From: Candidatus Bathyarchaeota archaeon
GTDB taxonomy: Archaea > Thermoproteota > Bathyarchaeia > 40CM-2-53-6
Length of the DNA: 48,843 nt
Direction of reading: 5' to 3'
Assembly: GCA_005883085.1 (NCBI GenBank)
Contig: VBAY01000106.1
Coordinates: forward strand, 1 to 48,843
Each line of letters begins with the position of its first letter. The stretch's first letter is position 1. The notes beneath the pieces were generated by a model. That model searched no databases and had not been told where the DNA came from. It worked only from the letters and a program-made list of their open reading frames with translations. Made by a program: the position numbers and the translations under genes. Positions 1 through 9,012 of this stretch are shown in pieces.

Positions 1-1
1 G

Positions 2-142
2 CGGATCAAAAAGCTCCTGCTAAAAGAGGGAAGCGAACTCCCAAGAGAACTCGCCCATGCACAACCCTACTACATCAGACCGCGAAAACAAGCGCTCGAA
101 GTGTACTATCTAACGAACGAGCCTCTACGCCGAGCCAAATAA
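2..142 (+). CDS. 3' end of an unidentified protein-coding gene (partial, runs off the left edge)
   Basis: Frame 2 is open from the window edge to TAA at 140-142 (RIKKLLLKEGSELPRELAHAQPYYIRPRKQALEVYYLTNEPLRRAK*). The composition is protein-like. No family recognised. Confidence 0.3.
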   Translation, partial: RIKKLLLKEGSELPRELAHAQPYYIRPRKQALEVYYLTNEPLRRAK

Positions 143-258
143 CCACCTGGACTCGTGCGAAAAACCATTCAGCCATCGTTTCGCCAAACTCTCGCAGCCC
201 TCAGGCAAGTACTAGAATTAAATAGATTGAGCAAACCGGGATGGCTGAGGATTTCTCA

Positions 259-547
259 ATGCCGAAGTATATTGCGTTGATCAACTGGACAGACCCAGGG
301 CGTTCGCGGCGTCAAGGACACACCGAAACGAGTCGAGAACGCGAAAGCGCTCGCGCGTAAGCTGGGAGGAAAAATCGACATCCACTACACCATGGGCGAA
401 TATGACGCTGTGGCCGTGGTAGAGATGCCGAGCGATGAAGCCTACAACCGGTTTACCCTATCAACTGCAGCCCTTGGAAACATCCGCACGAAGAGCCTCA
501 AAGCTTGGACCCTAGAAGAGTTCCAGAAAATAACAGACCAACTCTAG
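259..547 (+). pseudogene. GYD-domain protein, interrupted by a 1-nt frame break at CCC 294-296
   Basis: ATG 259 gives MPKYIALINWTD, then a wrong frame to TAA 358-360. The next frame reads QGVRGVKDTPKRVENAKALARKLGGKIDIHYTMGEYDAVAVVEMPSDEAYNRFTLSTAALGNIRTKSLKAWTLEEFQKITDQL* (stop 545-547). The GYD signature (MGEYD..V....PDDEA) and N-terminal MPxYI are typical of the family. It is absent from the ORF track because both halves are under 60 aa from a start codon. Confidence 0.7.
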
Positions 548-607
548 CACTGACAACCACGACCACAGAATCCAACCTGCCCCCTTTTTCTTCGATTTAT
601 CAATCAA

Positions 608-1855
608 CTATTCGAAAATGCTGATGCCTTTTAGCTCTAGATATATTCCTCTCTGCACCTCCACCTGGGCCCAGGTGTAGGATTCAGTGTGCGTTTGTGC
701 GTTCGATATCGAGTGATCGAAGACTTCCGTTCGTTCAGTAGTACCGGTATAGCAATTTCTTGGCGTTTGACCTGCGATGGGTTGAGGAGCATCTGTTTCA
801 CAGTTGTTGTAGGCTCCATGGCTGAGAAGCTCAACAAGAGTCGAATTCGCCTGAGTCCCGGTTATGGTTACGGATTGAGAATTGGAGGAGGCATTCGGTG
901 CGATACTGTTCCAGACGCCGACCCCGGCGACACCGCGATACCGACCGATCGTCATTGTGATCATGATAGACGTCACGCATGGGGGCTGGCAGCCCAACCA
1001 GTCAGGGCTTGCAGTTATGTTGGTGGAGATCGTGGTTGATGAGGCTCGGCCTGTCCAGGCCTGCTCCCAGAAATTCGCCCCCGCTCCAGGAAAGGCACTG
1101 GCTATTCTCGTGTAAACGCTGGACTGGGTGTCTCTTACGTAGGAAATGTCGGGAAGATTTCCCACACTTCCCTGAGAATAAGCGATCTGAACAATGAGGA
1201 AGTCATCCGCGTTAGTCTCTATCGCTCCCGTGTAGGACGCGTTGGTTGACACCGTGGCTTCCGCTACGTTGGAAACAGCGTAGAAACTAGGAGCCATCGT
1301 TCTACTTGATGGCGTTTTGACAGATGGGCTCGTACCCGCACCGCTGGTATCTGTACCGGCGCTACCAGGGTTCGTATGATGCTGAGAACCCAAATTGACA
1401 GCGGTGAACCCTACAACCGTCGTCAACATGATCCCTGCGAGAATCACGACCAAAATGATCCTGTGGAAATGAAAGGGCGAAAATTTTCCGTGCTTTCTCG
1501 AGAGATTCCCCACCCGTGAGGATACATGTTCTCTCGGACTCTCACTTTGCACAATCCCTTCTTCGAGATCATAGCTCGCAAACGTTGTCCCGATGACCTG
1601 GTTCTGAGTCTTTCGTATTTCGAGAGAGTATGCAAACAATGCGGCTCCCTGCAGGGAAAGCAGCGTTGCAATACTAGTCAGGAGTAACGACGGACCGGCA
1701 TCGATGCTGATCCAGGCCCATAGGGTGGCTGCAACGCTAGTTGAGATGACGCCGGCAACCACGTGAGTCCTGCTCCTCTTTTCGCCTGTCCCGGAAAAGA
1801 TTGCTTGCACCCCGTTCTGCGCCGGTCTCTTTTTCCTTCTCGGAGCTTTGGCCAA
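608..1855 (-). CDS. membrane-anchored protein with Ser/Thr-rich linker and extracellular beta-rich domain, function unknown
   Basis: 415-aa ORF. Basic N-terminus, hydrophobic helices (VVAGVISTSVAATLWAWISI, LLLTSIATLLSLQGAALFAY, IILVVILAGIMLTTVVGFTAV), then a GSAGTDTSGAGTSPS linker and an N/S/T-rich C-terminal domain with many N-x-S/T sequons. Confidence 0.6.
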   Translation of the reverse strand: MAKAPRRKKRPAQNGVQAIFSGTGEKRSRTHVVAGVISTSVAATLWAWISIDAGPSLLLTSIATLLSLQGAALFAYSLEIRKTQNQVIGTTFASYDLEEGIVQSESPREHVSSRVGNLSRKHGKFSPFHFHRIILVVILAGIMLTTVVGFTAVNLGSQHHTNPGSAGTDTSGAGTSPSVKTPSSRTMAPSFYAVSNVAEATVSTNASYTGAIETNADDFLIVQIAYSQGSVGNLPDISYVRDTQSSVYTRIASAFPGAGANFWEQAWTGRASSTTISTNITASPDWLGCQPPCVTSIMITMTIGRYRGVAGVGVWNSIAPNASSNSQSVTITGTQANSTLVELLSHGAYNNCETDAPQPIAGQTPRNCYTGTTERTEVFDHSISNAQTHTESYTWAQVEVQRGIYLELKGISIFE

Positions 1856-2272
1856 AAAACCATCTCTCCTCTCACGACAGAGGATTAAGTCCCCGGCATA
1901 GCGTGAGTCCTATCGACATCGGTCTTTATCCTCCCCATTCCCTTGTTATCTTGACAGAGATCCCAAACATCAACAGCCCCCCAGGATGTCTCACGATCAT
2001 CTTGTAAGAGAATCTGCGGAGAACTTACAAGTAGGATATTCACGACTCGCAAGAATTGGCATGAAATTGCTTGAAATCACTATCTTTTAACAGAGCACCT
2101 TTCACGAGATTATATTTGCCGTCGCCGCCCGAAACCCAGGCTCCTTATTAGCAACCCACAGCCGGTGCATTTAGCACAACGACCCGCCTACAAGGACCCC
2201 CTGCTGACAGCAACCAAACCATCCCTTTTTGTCCCATAGCTGGGGAATTACCTTTGTCCGCAATCGCCAGAC

Positions 2273-2278
2273 TTTATA
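2273..2278 (+). promoter_or_regulatory. TATA-box-like element (TTTATA) upstream of ugd
   Basis: TTTATA at 2273-2278 lies about 30 nt upstream of the TTG start at 2306. This spacing fits an archaeal TATA centred about 26 nt upstream of a leaderless or near-leaderless transcript start. Confidence 0.35.
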
Positions 2279-2305
2279 GTTCCAGACAAAATACCACCCT
2301 GCAAC

Positions 2306-3661
2306 TTGAAGACTAAATCGGCCTCTATCTCGATCGTTGGAATGGGCTATGTCGGACTATGCACGGCCGCAACCTTCGCGTCCCGCGGCATCCGGACAAT
2401 AGGAATAGACATTGACCAATCGCGAGTGGAACAGATTCGCAGAGGCAAGGCACCTCTACACGAGCCTCAGCTAGATACTATGCTGAAGAATACTGTAAAG
2501 AAAAATCTCTTAGACGCCACCAGCGATATTTCCGTGGCCGCGAATACGGGCACGACCTTCTTGACAGTTGGAACTCCCAGTCAACCGGATGGTTCGATCG
2601 ATCTATCCTACATCAAAAACGCGACAGAAGACTTGGGGAATGTTCTGCGCGACAAGCGTGGTTACCATCTTGTTGTTGTCAAGAGCACAGTCGTCCCTGG
2701 CACCACAAATGGCACTGTAAAGCGGTTCCTAGAAGAGTCTAGCCGCAAGACCATAGGATCCGAGCTAGGTCTCTGTGCTAATCCAGAGTTCCTCAAAGAA
2801 GGAACCGCAATCAACGACGCTCTCCATCCCGACAAGATAGTCATCGGATCAAACGACAAAAAATCAGCTAGCGAACTCGCCAAACTCTATCGAAGATTCT
2901 ACGGGGCCAGGCTACCGCCTGTGATCCTGACAAGTCCTGAGGCTGCGGAGCTGGTCAAGTACGCTAGCAATGCCTTCCTCGCTACCAAGGTCAGCTTCAT
3001 CAACACAATCGCAAATATCGCCGAGCAGATACCTGGCGTAGACGTAGGAACAATCGCAGAAGCTATCGGTCTAGATCCTAGAATCGGACCCCTATTCCTG
3101 AAAGCAGGACCCGGCTATGGCGGGAGTTGTTTCCACAAAGATCTCCAGGCGCTCATCAACTACAGCCAAAACAAGAGTTACGATCCGATCCTATTCCGGG
3201 CGACAGAAGAGACCAACGAACAACAAGCCGGCAGAGTCGTCAACATGGCAGAGAGGCTTCTCGGATCTTTATCATCCAAAAGAGTCGCAATCTTGGGTCT
3301 CTCGTTAAAGAAAGATACTGATGACATCCGCGAGGCCGCCTCAATACGAGTAATCAACCAGCTAAAGAACAAGGGGGCACGAATCATCGCCTACGACCCC
3401 ATGGCCATAACGAACACCAAGAAACAGCTCTCAGAACAAATCGACTATGCAGAGAATGCTCACTCGGCTCTCAAGGGAGCAGATTGCGCCATCGTAATGA
3501 CGGAATGGGATGAGATCCGAAGGCTCAGGGCGAAAGATTTCCAAGCGTACATGAAGACCCCAAACCTCGTCGACGCGAGACGGATCTACAACCCGGAAGA
3601 ATTCAGCGGACTAAACTACCTCTCTATCGGACGCGGACCCTCAACAGGAACGAAATACTAA
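2306..3661 (+). CDS. ugd: UDP-glucose 6-dehydrogenase (nucleotide-sugar dehydrogenase family)
   Basis: 451 aa with a TTG start. N-terminal Rossmann motif ISIVGMGYVGL, catalytic-Cys motif GGSCFHKD, and the central NPEFLKEGTAI motif typical of the UDP-glucose/GDP-mannose dehydrogenase family. Confidence 0.9.
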   Translation: MKTKSASISIVGMGYVGLCTAATFASRGIRTIGIDIDQSRVEQIRRGKAPLHEPQLDTMLKNTVKKNLLDATSDISVAANTGTTFLTVGTPSQPDGSIDLSYIKNATEDLGNVLRDKRGYHLVVVKSTVVPGTTNGTVKRFLEESSRKTIGSELGLCANPEFLKEGTAINDALHPDKIVIGSNDKKSASELAKLYRRFYGARLPPVILTSPEAAELVKYASNAFLATKVSFINTIANIAEQIPGVDVGTIAEAIGLDPRIGPLFLKAGPGYGGSCFHKDLQALINYSQNKSYDPILFRATEETNEQQAGRVVNMAERLLGSLSSKRVAILGLSLKKDTDDIREAASIRVINQLKNKGARIIAYDPMAITNTKKQLSEQIDYAENAHSALKGADCAIVMTEWDEIRRLRAKDFQAYMKTPNLVDARRIYNPEEFSGLNYLSIGRGPSTGTKY

Positions 3662-3685
3662 CGCTGGGCTTCTCGTTGAGTACAA

Positions 3686-4111
3686 GTGGATAGTAACAGA
3701 GTCTTAGATAGTCTCCCTGCCCATCCCCGACTCGCCGCGGAAAGAAATGCTTCCTATGGATTTCGAGAAAGGTTGAGATCTGATATTTTCATTCTCGGAA
3801 TAATGATGGTCGTCCTAGGCCCAGTGCTCGTGGCGGCCGCAGCCAGCTCCTGTCTGCTCACAATCCTGTCCGGTAATGTATTCGCGTGCGCTAACGTTCT
3901 GCCCGTGTTCATCGGGGGCGGTGCCCTCTTTGTCGCGGGAATCATCACCTGTCTGGTGGGAGTAATAGTGTCAGAACCAAATCCTCGACCTCGCCCTCCC
4001 TCAGGTCCCATGTCCGCTCCCCAGACCGGCCAGGTAATCTGCAAGAAATGTGGCCGTGTCAACACTTTCGGGCTATTCTCTTGCCCGTTCTGCGGCCAGA
4101 CATCAAGCTAG
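3686..4111 (+). CDS. small membrane protein with C-terminal zinc ribbon
   Basis: 141 aa with a GTG start 25 nt after the ugd stop. Two hydrophobic helices (IFILGIMMVVLGPVLVAAAASSCLLTIL, VLPVFIGGGALFVAGIITCLVGVIV), a Pro-rich linker, then CKKCG-x12-CPFCG. Confidence 0.6.
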   Translation: MDSNRVLDSLPAHPRLAAERNASYGFRERLRSDIFILGIMMVVLGPVLVAAAASSCLLTILSGNVFACANVLPVFIGGGALFVAGIITCLVGVIVSEPNPRPRPPSGPMSAPQTGQVICKKCGRVNTFGLFSCPFCGQTSS

Positions 4112-4477
4112 GAAAAGACAGAATAGAAAACAGGAATTACAGAATCGCCCGTTTATTGACCCCGAATCTCGAATCCGTGACTAGCGCAACACATCGTCCC
4201 AAAATCGTTCGAGAACCGGCCTAGATTTCCCTTCTTTTTCCCTTTTGATCAAAGCCCGGATCGGACCCTGAATCGCATATTCGCCTATTATAAGAGCCAG
4301 ACAGGAAATTTTCCCTGGAAAAAGGAGGAGGGGTTAGGAGCAGAGCACCTCGTGACGCGAGAGCGGTCTCTCCGAGGACTCTCCTAGAAGCTTACTCACA
4401 AGAGGATACCAGAAACAAGTGGTCCCACGGGTCCTGCCAGCGACGGCGCGAGAACGGAATTAACCAGTAGACTGGTC

Positions 4478-5047
4478 TTAGCGTTGAGAGTTCTGACCCT
4501 GAGCCTGGTCAGGGGTAACTCTCTTCAGGACCGGCATCGTCCCGGTTATGACAGTTGAAGGTGTTCCAACTTGGGTCTTGACCTGTTGCGTTTCAGGCTG
4601 CGCCTGGAAGCGCGGGGGCGGTGGCGTGTCCTTGATTTCTATCTGTGGAATCGGCTCGATGGTCCCTTGGTGCGCCATTTCTGCCTTTAGGGCGGCTACC
4701 ATCGGGTGAAGGTCTGTGGCCTGCTTGGCACTGGAAGTTGAGGCCACTGGACCGATCGTGGGACTCCGTGGCTGGTTGACCAGAGCTCCAATCTGGTGGT
4801 GGGTAGATTTTAGAACCTTGAAAAGTCCCAGCGCCAATCCCAGCGAGCTGACGAAAACCAGGATAGCGATGAGCGAGCCGTTAGTCTGAACCATGTCGTT
4901 CACATAGGCCTGGAAATAGAAATTGTACGTGTATTCCTGCAGAACCCAGAAGGAGAAAAAGAGTATCACCATCGATTGTAGTAGCATTATGATCTTCGCA
5001 TAGCCCGGCATCAACCTCTTCGCTGAGAAATCAGCATTCTGAGTCAA
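4478..5047 (-). CDS. two-TM membrane protein, paralogue family member P1 (EY-N-Y-Q-Y motif), disordered P/Q-rich tail
   Basis: 189 aa. TM1 IIMLLQSMVILFFSFWVL, then QEYTYNFYFQAYVND, then TM2 LIAILVFVSSLGLALGLF, then a low-complexity tail. Clear similarity to 5631-6116 and 20620-21134. Confidence 0.7.
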   Translation of the reverse strand: MTQNADFSAKRLMPGYAKIIMLLQSMVILFFSFWVLQEYTYNFYFQAYVNDMVQTNGSLIAILVFVSSLGLALGLFKVLKSTHHQIGALVNQPRSPTIGPVASTSSAKQATDLHPMVAALKAEMAHQGTIEPIPQIEIKDTPPPPRFQAQPETQQVKTQVGTPSTVITGTMPVLKRVTPDQAQGQNSQR

Positions 5048-5396
5048 AGATTGAATCCTCTAACAGTACTCTCTACTCTTCTCGAAAACAAGGTTCCTGG
5101 CCTATGTCAAAGTGGTGAAACAGGAGCCCTCAAACCATGGTACCCATTATTCACGAATAGATCGCGCAACAAGCTCGTGAATACCACTCGAAAACATCAG
5201 CAGAACATCGATTATCATCAACCTCCATCTGAACCGTTCACTTCTGAGAGATCGAGAGTAGGCAGAATCCTATATCAAATAGAGAGGTGACTAGGTCCTG
5301 AGAAAGCAGAGAATCCGTCTCCCGAGACGTTCCCCGTCAGGTCCTCAGGGGGTTAAATATCCAAATCCAACGCCGAGATTCCCAGGTTGCCACGAC

Positions 5397-5621
5397 TTGC
5401 CGACAGCTAAGAAGCTGATGCATCTTCAAGAGACAATAAACGAGGACTTGACGAAAGCGAGACTTCCAGAGATCAGAATTGACGGGTTCAAGCTCCCCGA
5501 CCAAGCACTCGAGATCACCTTTGAAAGAGAGACGGTGACCGGAGAAAACAAAGATAGACTCTGGGAGATCATAAACGCGCACTACAAGAAAATGCTAAGA
5601 GATCTCGAACTCAAGGAATAG
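5397..5621 (+). CDS. small charged hypothetical protein
   Basis: 74-aa ORF with a TTG start (or 67 aa from ATG 5418). The composition is helical and charged (LQETINEDLTKARLPEIRIDGFKLPDQALEITFERE...), more protein-like than the antisense ORF 5337-5582. No family recognised. Confidence 0.35.
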   Translation: MPTAKKLMHLQETINEDLTKARLPEIRIDGFKLPDQALEITFERETVTGENKDRLWEIINAHYKKMLRDLELKE

Positions 5622-5630
5622 TCTTCCGGC

Positions 5631-6116
5631 CTATTCTTGATAGTTTGATCGTTCTTTCCATCTTTGCATAGAACCGTGCAATCGGCCAATCTCATCTCTA
5701 GGCTCAGGCCTCGCAATTTTCAGAACAAGCATGGCTGTCGGTTTTGGGTTGGTCATCGTCTTCACGTCGGTTCCGGTCCCGACCTTTTCTGAGAGGTGTT
5801 CGATCTCTCCTAGAATATTCCCCGCTTTGAGAAGGATCCCGATCAGCGTGGTCCCAACCAGCCCTCCGAGACCTATGATGGCGAACAAAGACCCCTTTCC
5901 CTCGAACAGGCCGAACAGGTATAACTGAAGGTATTGATTGTTGACGTACTCATTGTAGATCCAGCCAGATAGGCCCACAATAACGACCGCTTGGACGACC
6001 ACGAGAATCTTTACGAACCCGGGAACGCTCGACAAGGAACCCCCGGTAACTCGGACCACAGCTCGCCCTCTGACCCCCAGTATGGTTCGAGCGGTTATGT
6101 CAAAATGCTGGAACAC
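5631..6116 (-). CDS. two-TM membrane protein, paralogue family member P2
   Basis: 161 aa. TM1 FVKILVVVQAVVIVGLSGWI, then YNEYVNNQYLQLYL, then TM2 LFAIIGLGGLVGTTLIGILL, then a charged tail. Same architecture and motif as 4478-5047. Confidence 0.7.
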   Translation of the reverse strand: MFQHFDITARTILGVRGRAVVRVTGGSLSSVPGFVKILVVVQAVVIVGLSGWIYNEYVNNQYLQLYLFGLFEGKGSLFAIIGLGGLVGTTLIGILLKAGNILGEIEHLSEKVGTGTDVKTMTNPKPTAMLVLKIARPEPRDEIGRLHGSMQRWKERSNYQE

Positions 6117-6284
6117 TACCGCCCAAGGCTTAGTACTCGCGGACCGACATCAAAATCCGATAATTCCACGCACTTTCCCCCCTCGATTTCAGACTACCCA
6201 AAGCAAACCTCAGTTAGCTGGAAGAAGCATCGACTATGCCTGAGTGACAAAACCAGGCCAGCAAACCAGCGTTCTAATTCATTC

Positions 6285-6881
6285 TCAGGAGAAAATGAGT
6301 TTCTTTCGCAGTGGATACAACAGCCCCAGAAATTGGGTCACCGCGTCCTTTCTCACGGTCTGTCGAGCAGGATCCTCCGGATGCACCAAGACAGCTATCG
6401 ATATGCGGCAGGCAAGAAACTGCCTCTGTACCACACGCGTTATAAACTGCGAACGGGTGATCACGTGCTGGAGCGATGGAGTCGTTAGTAGTTCCTCCAA
6501 CCGCCGAGCCTCGAGGCTCATCGCTCGCTAGGGATGAGTTCTTTTTCCTGAAACTCTTCCTGCGATACACGATGGATTCTGCCTCTCAGGTGGGAGCGGC
6601 CCCCATTGAAACAGAACTCTTCGGAGTCGAGACGCGAGTAGAAAGACTCGGTTTCTATTCCAGCCCCGCTGTTTCGCAGATCCTTTAGTCCACAGATCGT
6701 GCCCGAACTCACTGGACATGAGATTCCGAAAAGAGAACGAGGGTCCCAGCACCAGCTCAAGGTTTGTTCGTCGATGCTCGACATCTATCAAACAAGGCAA
6801 AGGGCTTCCCTGCACGGTCCACGCAAGACTGCAGTGGTAACTGGGCACATGAACTCCGACCCTGCCCGAAAAGTTCGGCAC
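6285..6881 (-). pseudogene. possible decayed or frame-broken gene of unknown family
   Basis: Three consecutive minus-strand ORF pieces in three frames (6528-6881, 6518-6784, 6285-6521). The latter two are protein-like (SIDEQTLSWCWDPRSLFGISCPVSSGTICGLKDL..., RRLEELLTTPSLQHVITRSQFITRVVQRQFL...). No intact long ORF exists anywhere in 6117-7107. Confidence 0.25.
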
Positions 6882-7107
6882 TGCCTATACCGGAAATGTA
6901 TACTATACTAGTTTCTGCCGAAGAACTCGCTCACAACAAAGAGTCTGGTTCTCGTTCGGCAAAGCGAGCAGACGGTTCGGCTCGGGCCACAATGATCGCG
7001 CCCGAGGTCGGGAAGGAATGTTGAGAATGAAAACAAGAATGGTATCATTAGATCCGCATGTGCAGCACCACGCTGCGCGATTCAGGCCTACCGGAGGTTC
7101 CTGAGAC

Positions 7108-9012
7108 TTGTCGAAGAACCCAGCTACCGGGAAGATCAAAATCATGCTGATCTGCTGTTTCGTCTTACTGGGCTCACTAATAGTAACTCCGCTAGCCGCC
7201 TCCCCGAATCAGTCTCATAGTCAAAGCATACTGCTCGCCGCAACCGGCCCATCCTTCGACTACATAGTAACCATACTAATGGAGAACAATGGCTATTGTG
7301 AGGTCATAACCACTTGCGGTGGTGGTGGACCCTATCAGACATCGCTGGCTGCAGCATACGGACTCGCTGGAACTTGTCAGAGTGATTCAGCTTGCTCAAT
7401 CGGTGGCTATTCGGCAATAGACCATCCGAGCGAAGGTAACTATGTACAACTCATCTCAGGGGACGACTACGGATTCACAGGCGATTGTGGTTATTGCCCT
7501 GCAAGAACAAGCGCTGCGAATATCATCGACAGAATCGAGGCATCAGGAAGAACATGGGATGCCTGGTTCGAAGGTGGTTCCGGCTCTGGAACTTGCAGTG
7601 CCCACCCACCGCGGGGCGGAGACCATTACGCGTTCATTACCTTCACCGATATCCAAACGAACCCGGCAAGATGCAGCCACCTTCTATCAACAACACCGTC
7701 AACCGATACAGAGTTTCTTGCCGAACTGAACTCAGCTACCCCGGCGAATTATATCTGGTTGACTCCTACAGACTCTAACAACTGCCATGATACAGCGATG
7801 AGCTTCTGTGACAATTACCTGAAAACACTCGTGCCAAAGATTCTGAGCAGCACCCTCTTTACGACTAAGAAAGCTGCATTGTGGATTCAGTACGATGAAG
7901 GAAATAGCAGTTACCCAAGTGATTTCATTTATGCCACCTGGTCCGGTCCTGTTGTGAAAACAGGATACGTTGGAACCGGTTCGTACAACCACTATTCATA
8001 TCTCAAGACTCTTGAAGTTATCTGGGGCTTAAGCTCACTCACCTCGAATGACGCGAACGCAAATCCCATGACGGAGTTCTTCGGTGCAATAACACCCCCA
8101 GCGTTATCGACAACTTTCACGATCTCGCCAAGTACTCCAATCGTGAATCTCCCAGTCACCTTCACCTCAACAACGACCGGTGGAGCGTCACCATATCCTA
8201 TCAGCTGGAACTTTGGAGATGGTGCGACGGGAACGGGAGCTTCCTTAACCCACACGTTCACAGGCCTTCAGTCATACACAGTCACCGAGACGGCAACAGA
8301 CTCCTCCACACCGACACAGACCGCCACCAGCGCCCAAACAATCCCGGTTGTCGCTTCGCTACCCCTGTCGACAAGCTTCACATTTCTTCCCACAAACCCG
8401 ACGGTTAATTCTCCAGTATCCTTCACCGCGACAACAACAGGCGGAACGCTACCCTACACGATTAGCTGGAATTTTGGCGACAGCGCAACCGCTACAGGCA
8501 CAACAGTAACTCATACTTACGCAACAGCTCAATCGTTTACAGTGACCGAAACGGCGACCGATGCATCTTCCCCCAAGCAGACAGCAACGGCCACCCACAC
8601 AGTAGTCGCATCCTCATCGCTCACAGGCAATTTCGATAACACCTGGTACATCAACAACTGTCCAGGCGGAACGGAGACTATCTCCAACGGAGTATTGCAG
8701 ACTAGGCAGTCGACGCCCGGAGGTGGATCGAACAGCTATGGATACTGCACCGCCCAACGGGGCACCTTCCCCTGGCACTCTACGGTTGGCACCGCGCTTC
8801 CAACAGGAATAACTAGTGTCACAGTATCGTTCAACTTTGGGACATCGTCACTCTACAAGCCAATCCAGGACAAACAGGAATACTCACCGCAGACGCGACT
8901 CAGCTCTGCCAAGGAGACCTGGCCGCATGGGGACTACCAGCCAACACTCAGTGTACTCTCGCAGGAATCGAGATCGGAACAGAGGGCTACTTGCTCAACT
9001 CTGTTAACGTAG
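7108..9012 (+). CDS. secreted phosphoesterase (acid phosphatase/phospholipase C family) + 2 PKD domains + jelly-roll-like domain; N-terminal segment of a frame-broken surface protein
   Basis: Signal peptide KIMLICCFVLLGSLIVTPLAAS. Phosphoesterase-family motifs FDYIVTILMENNGY, DHPSEGNYVQLISGDDYG, NNCHDTAMSFCDNYL, WIQYDEG and YNHYSYLKTLEVIWGL. Two PKD repeats (…PY.ISWNFGD…). The last ~57 codons after 8841 look out of frame. Confidence 0.85.
   Translation: MSKNPATGKIKIMLICCFVLLGSLIVTPLAASPNQSHSQSILLAATGPSFDYIVTILMENNGYCEVITTCGGGGPYQTSLAAAYGLAGTCQSDSACSIGGYSAIDHPSEGNYVQLISGDDYGFTGDCGYCPARTSAANIIDRIEASGRTWDAWFEGGSGSGTCSAHPPRGGDHYAFITFTDIQTNPARCSHLLSTTPSTDTEFLAELNSATPANYIWLTPTDSNNCHDTAMSFCDNYLKTLVPKILSSTLFTTKKAALWIQYDEGNSSYPSDFIYATWSGPVVKTGYVGTGSYNHYSYLKTLEVIWGLSSLTSNDANANPMTEFFGAITPPALSTTFTISPSTPIVNLPVTFTSTTTGGASPYPISWNFGDGATGTGASLTHTFTGLQSYTVTETATDSSTPTQTATSAQTIPVVASLPLSTSFTFLPTNPTVNSPVSFTATTTGGTLPYTISWNFGDSATATGTTVTHTYATAQSFTVTETATDASSPKQTATATHTVVASSSLTGNFDNTWYINNCPGGTETISNGVLQTRQSTPGGGSNSYGYCTAQRGTFPWHSTVGTALPTGITSVTVSFNFGTSSLYKPIQDKQEYSPQTRLSSAKETWPHGDYQPTLSVLSQESRSEQRATCSTLLT

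Noticed and set aside
8836-8841. Programmed -1 ribosomal frameshift at TTTGGG joining the two adhesin ORFs
   Set aside because: In the zero frame (AAC TTT GGG ACA) the site does not fit the X-XXY-YYZ slippery heptamer, and I see no convincing downstream stem-loop. An indel is more parsimonious.
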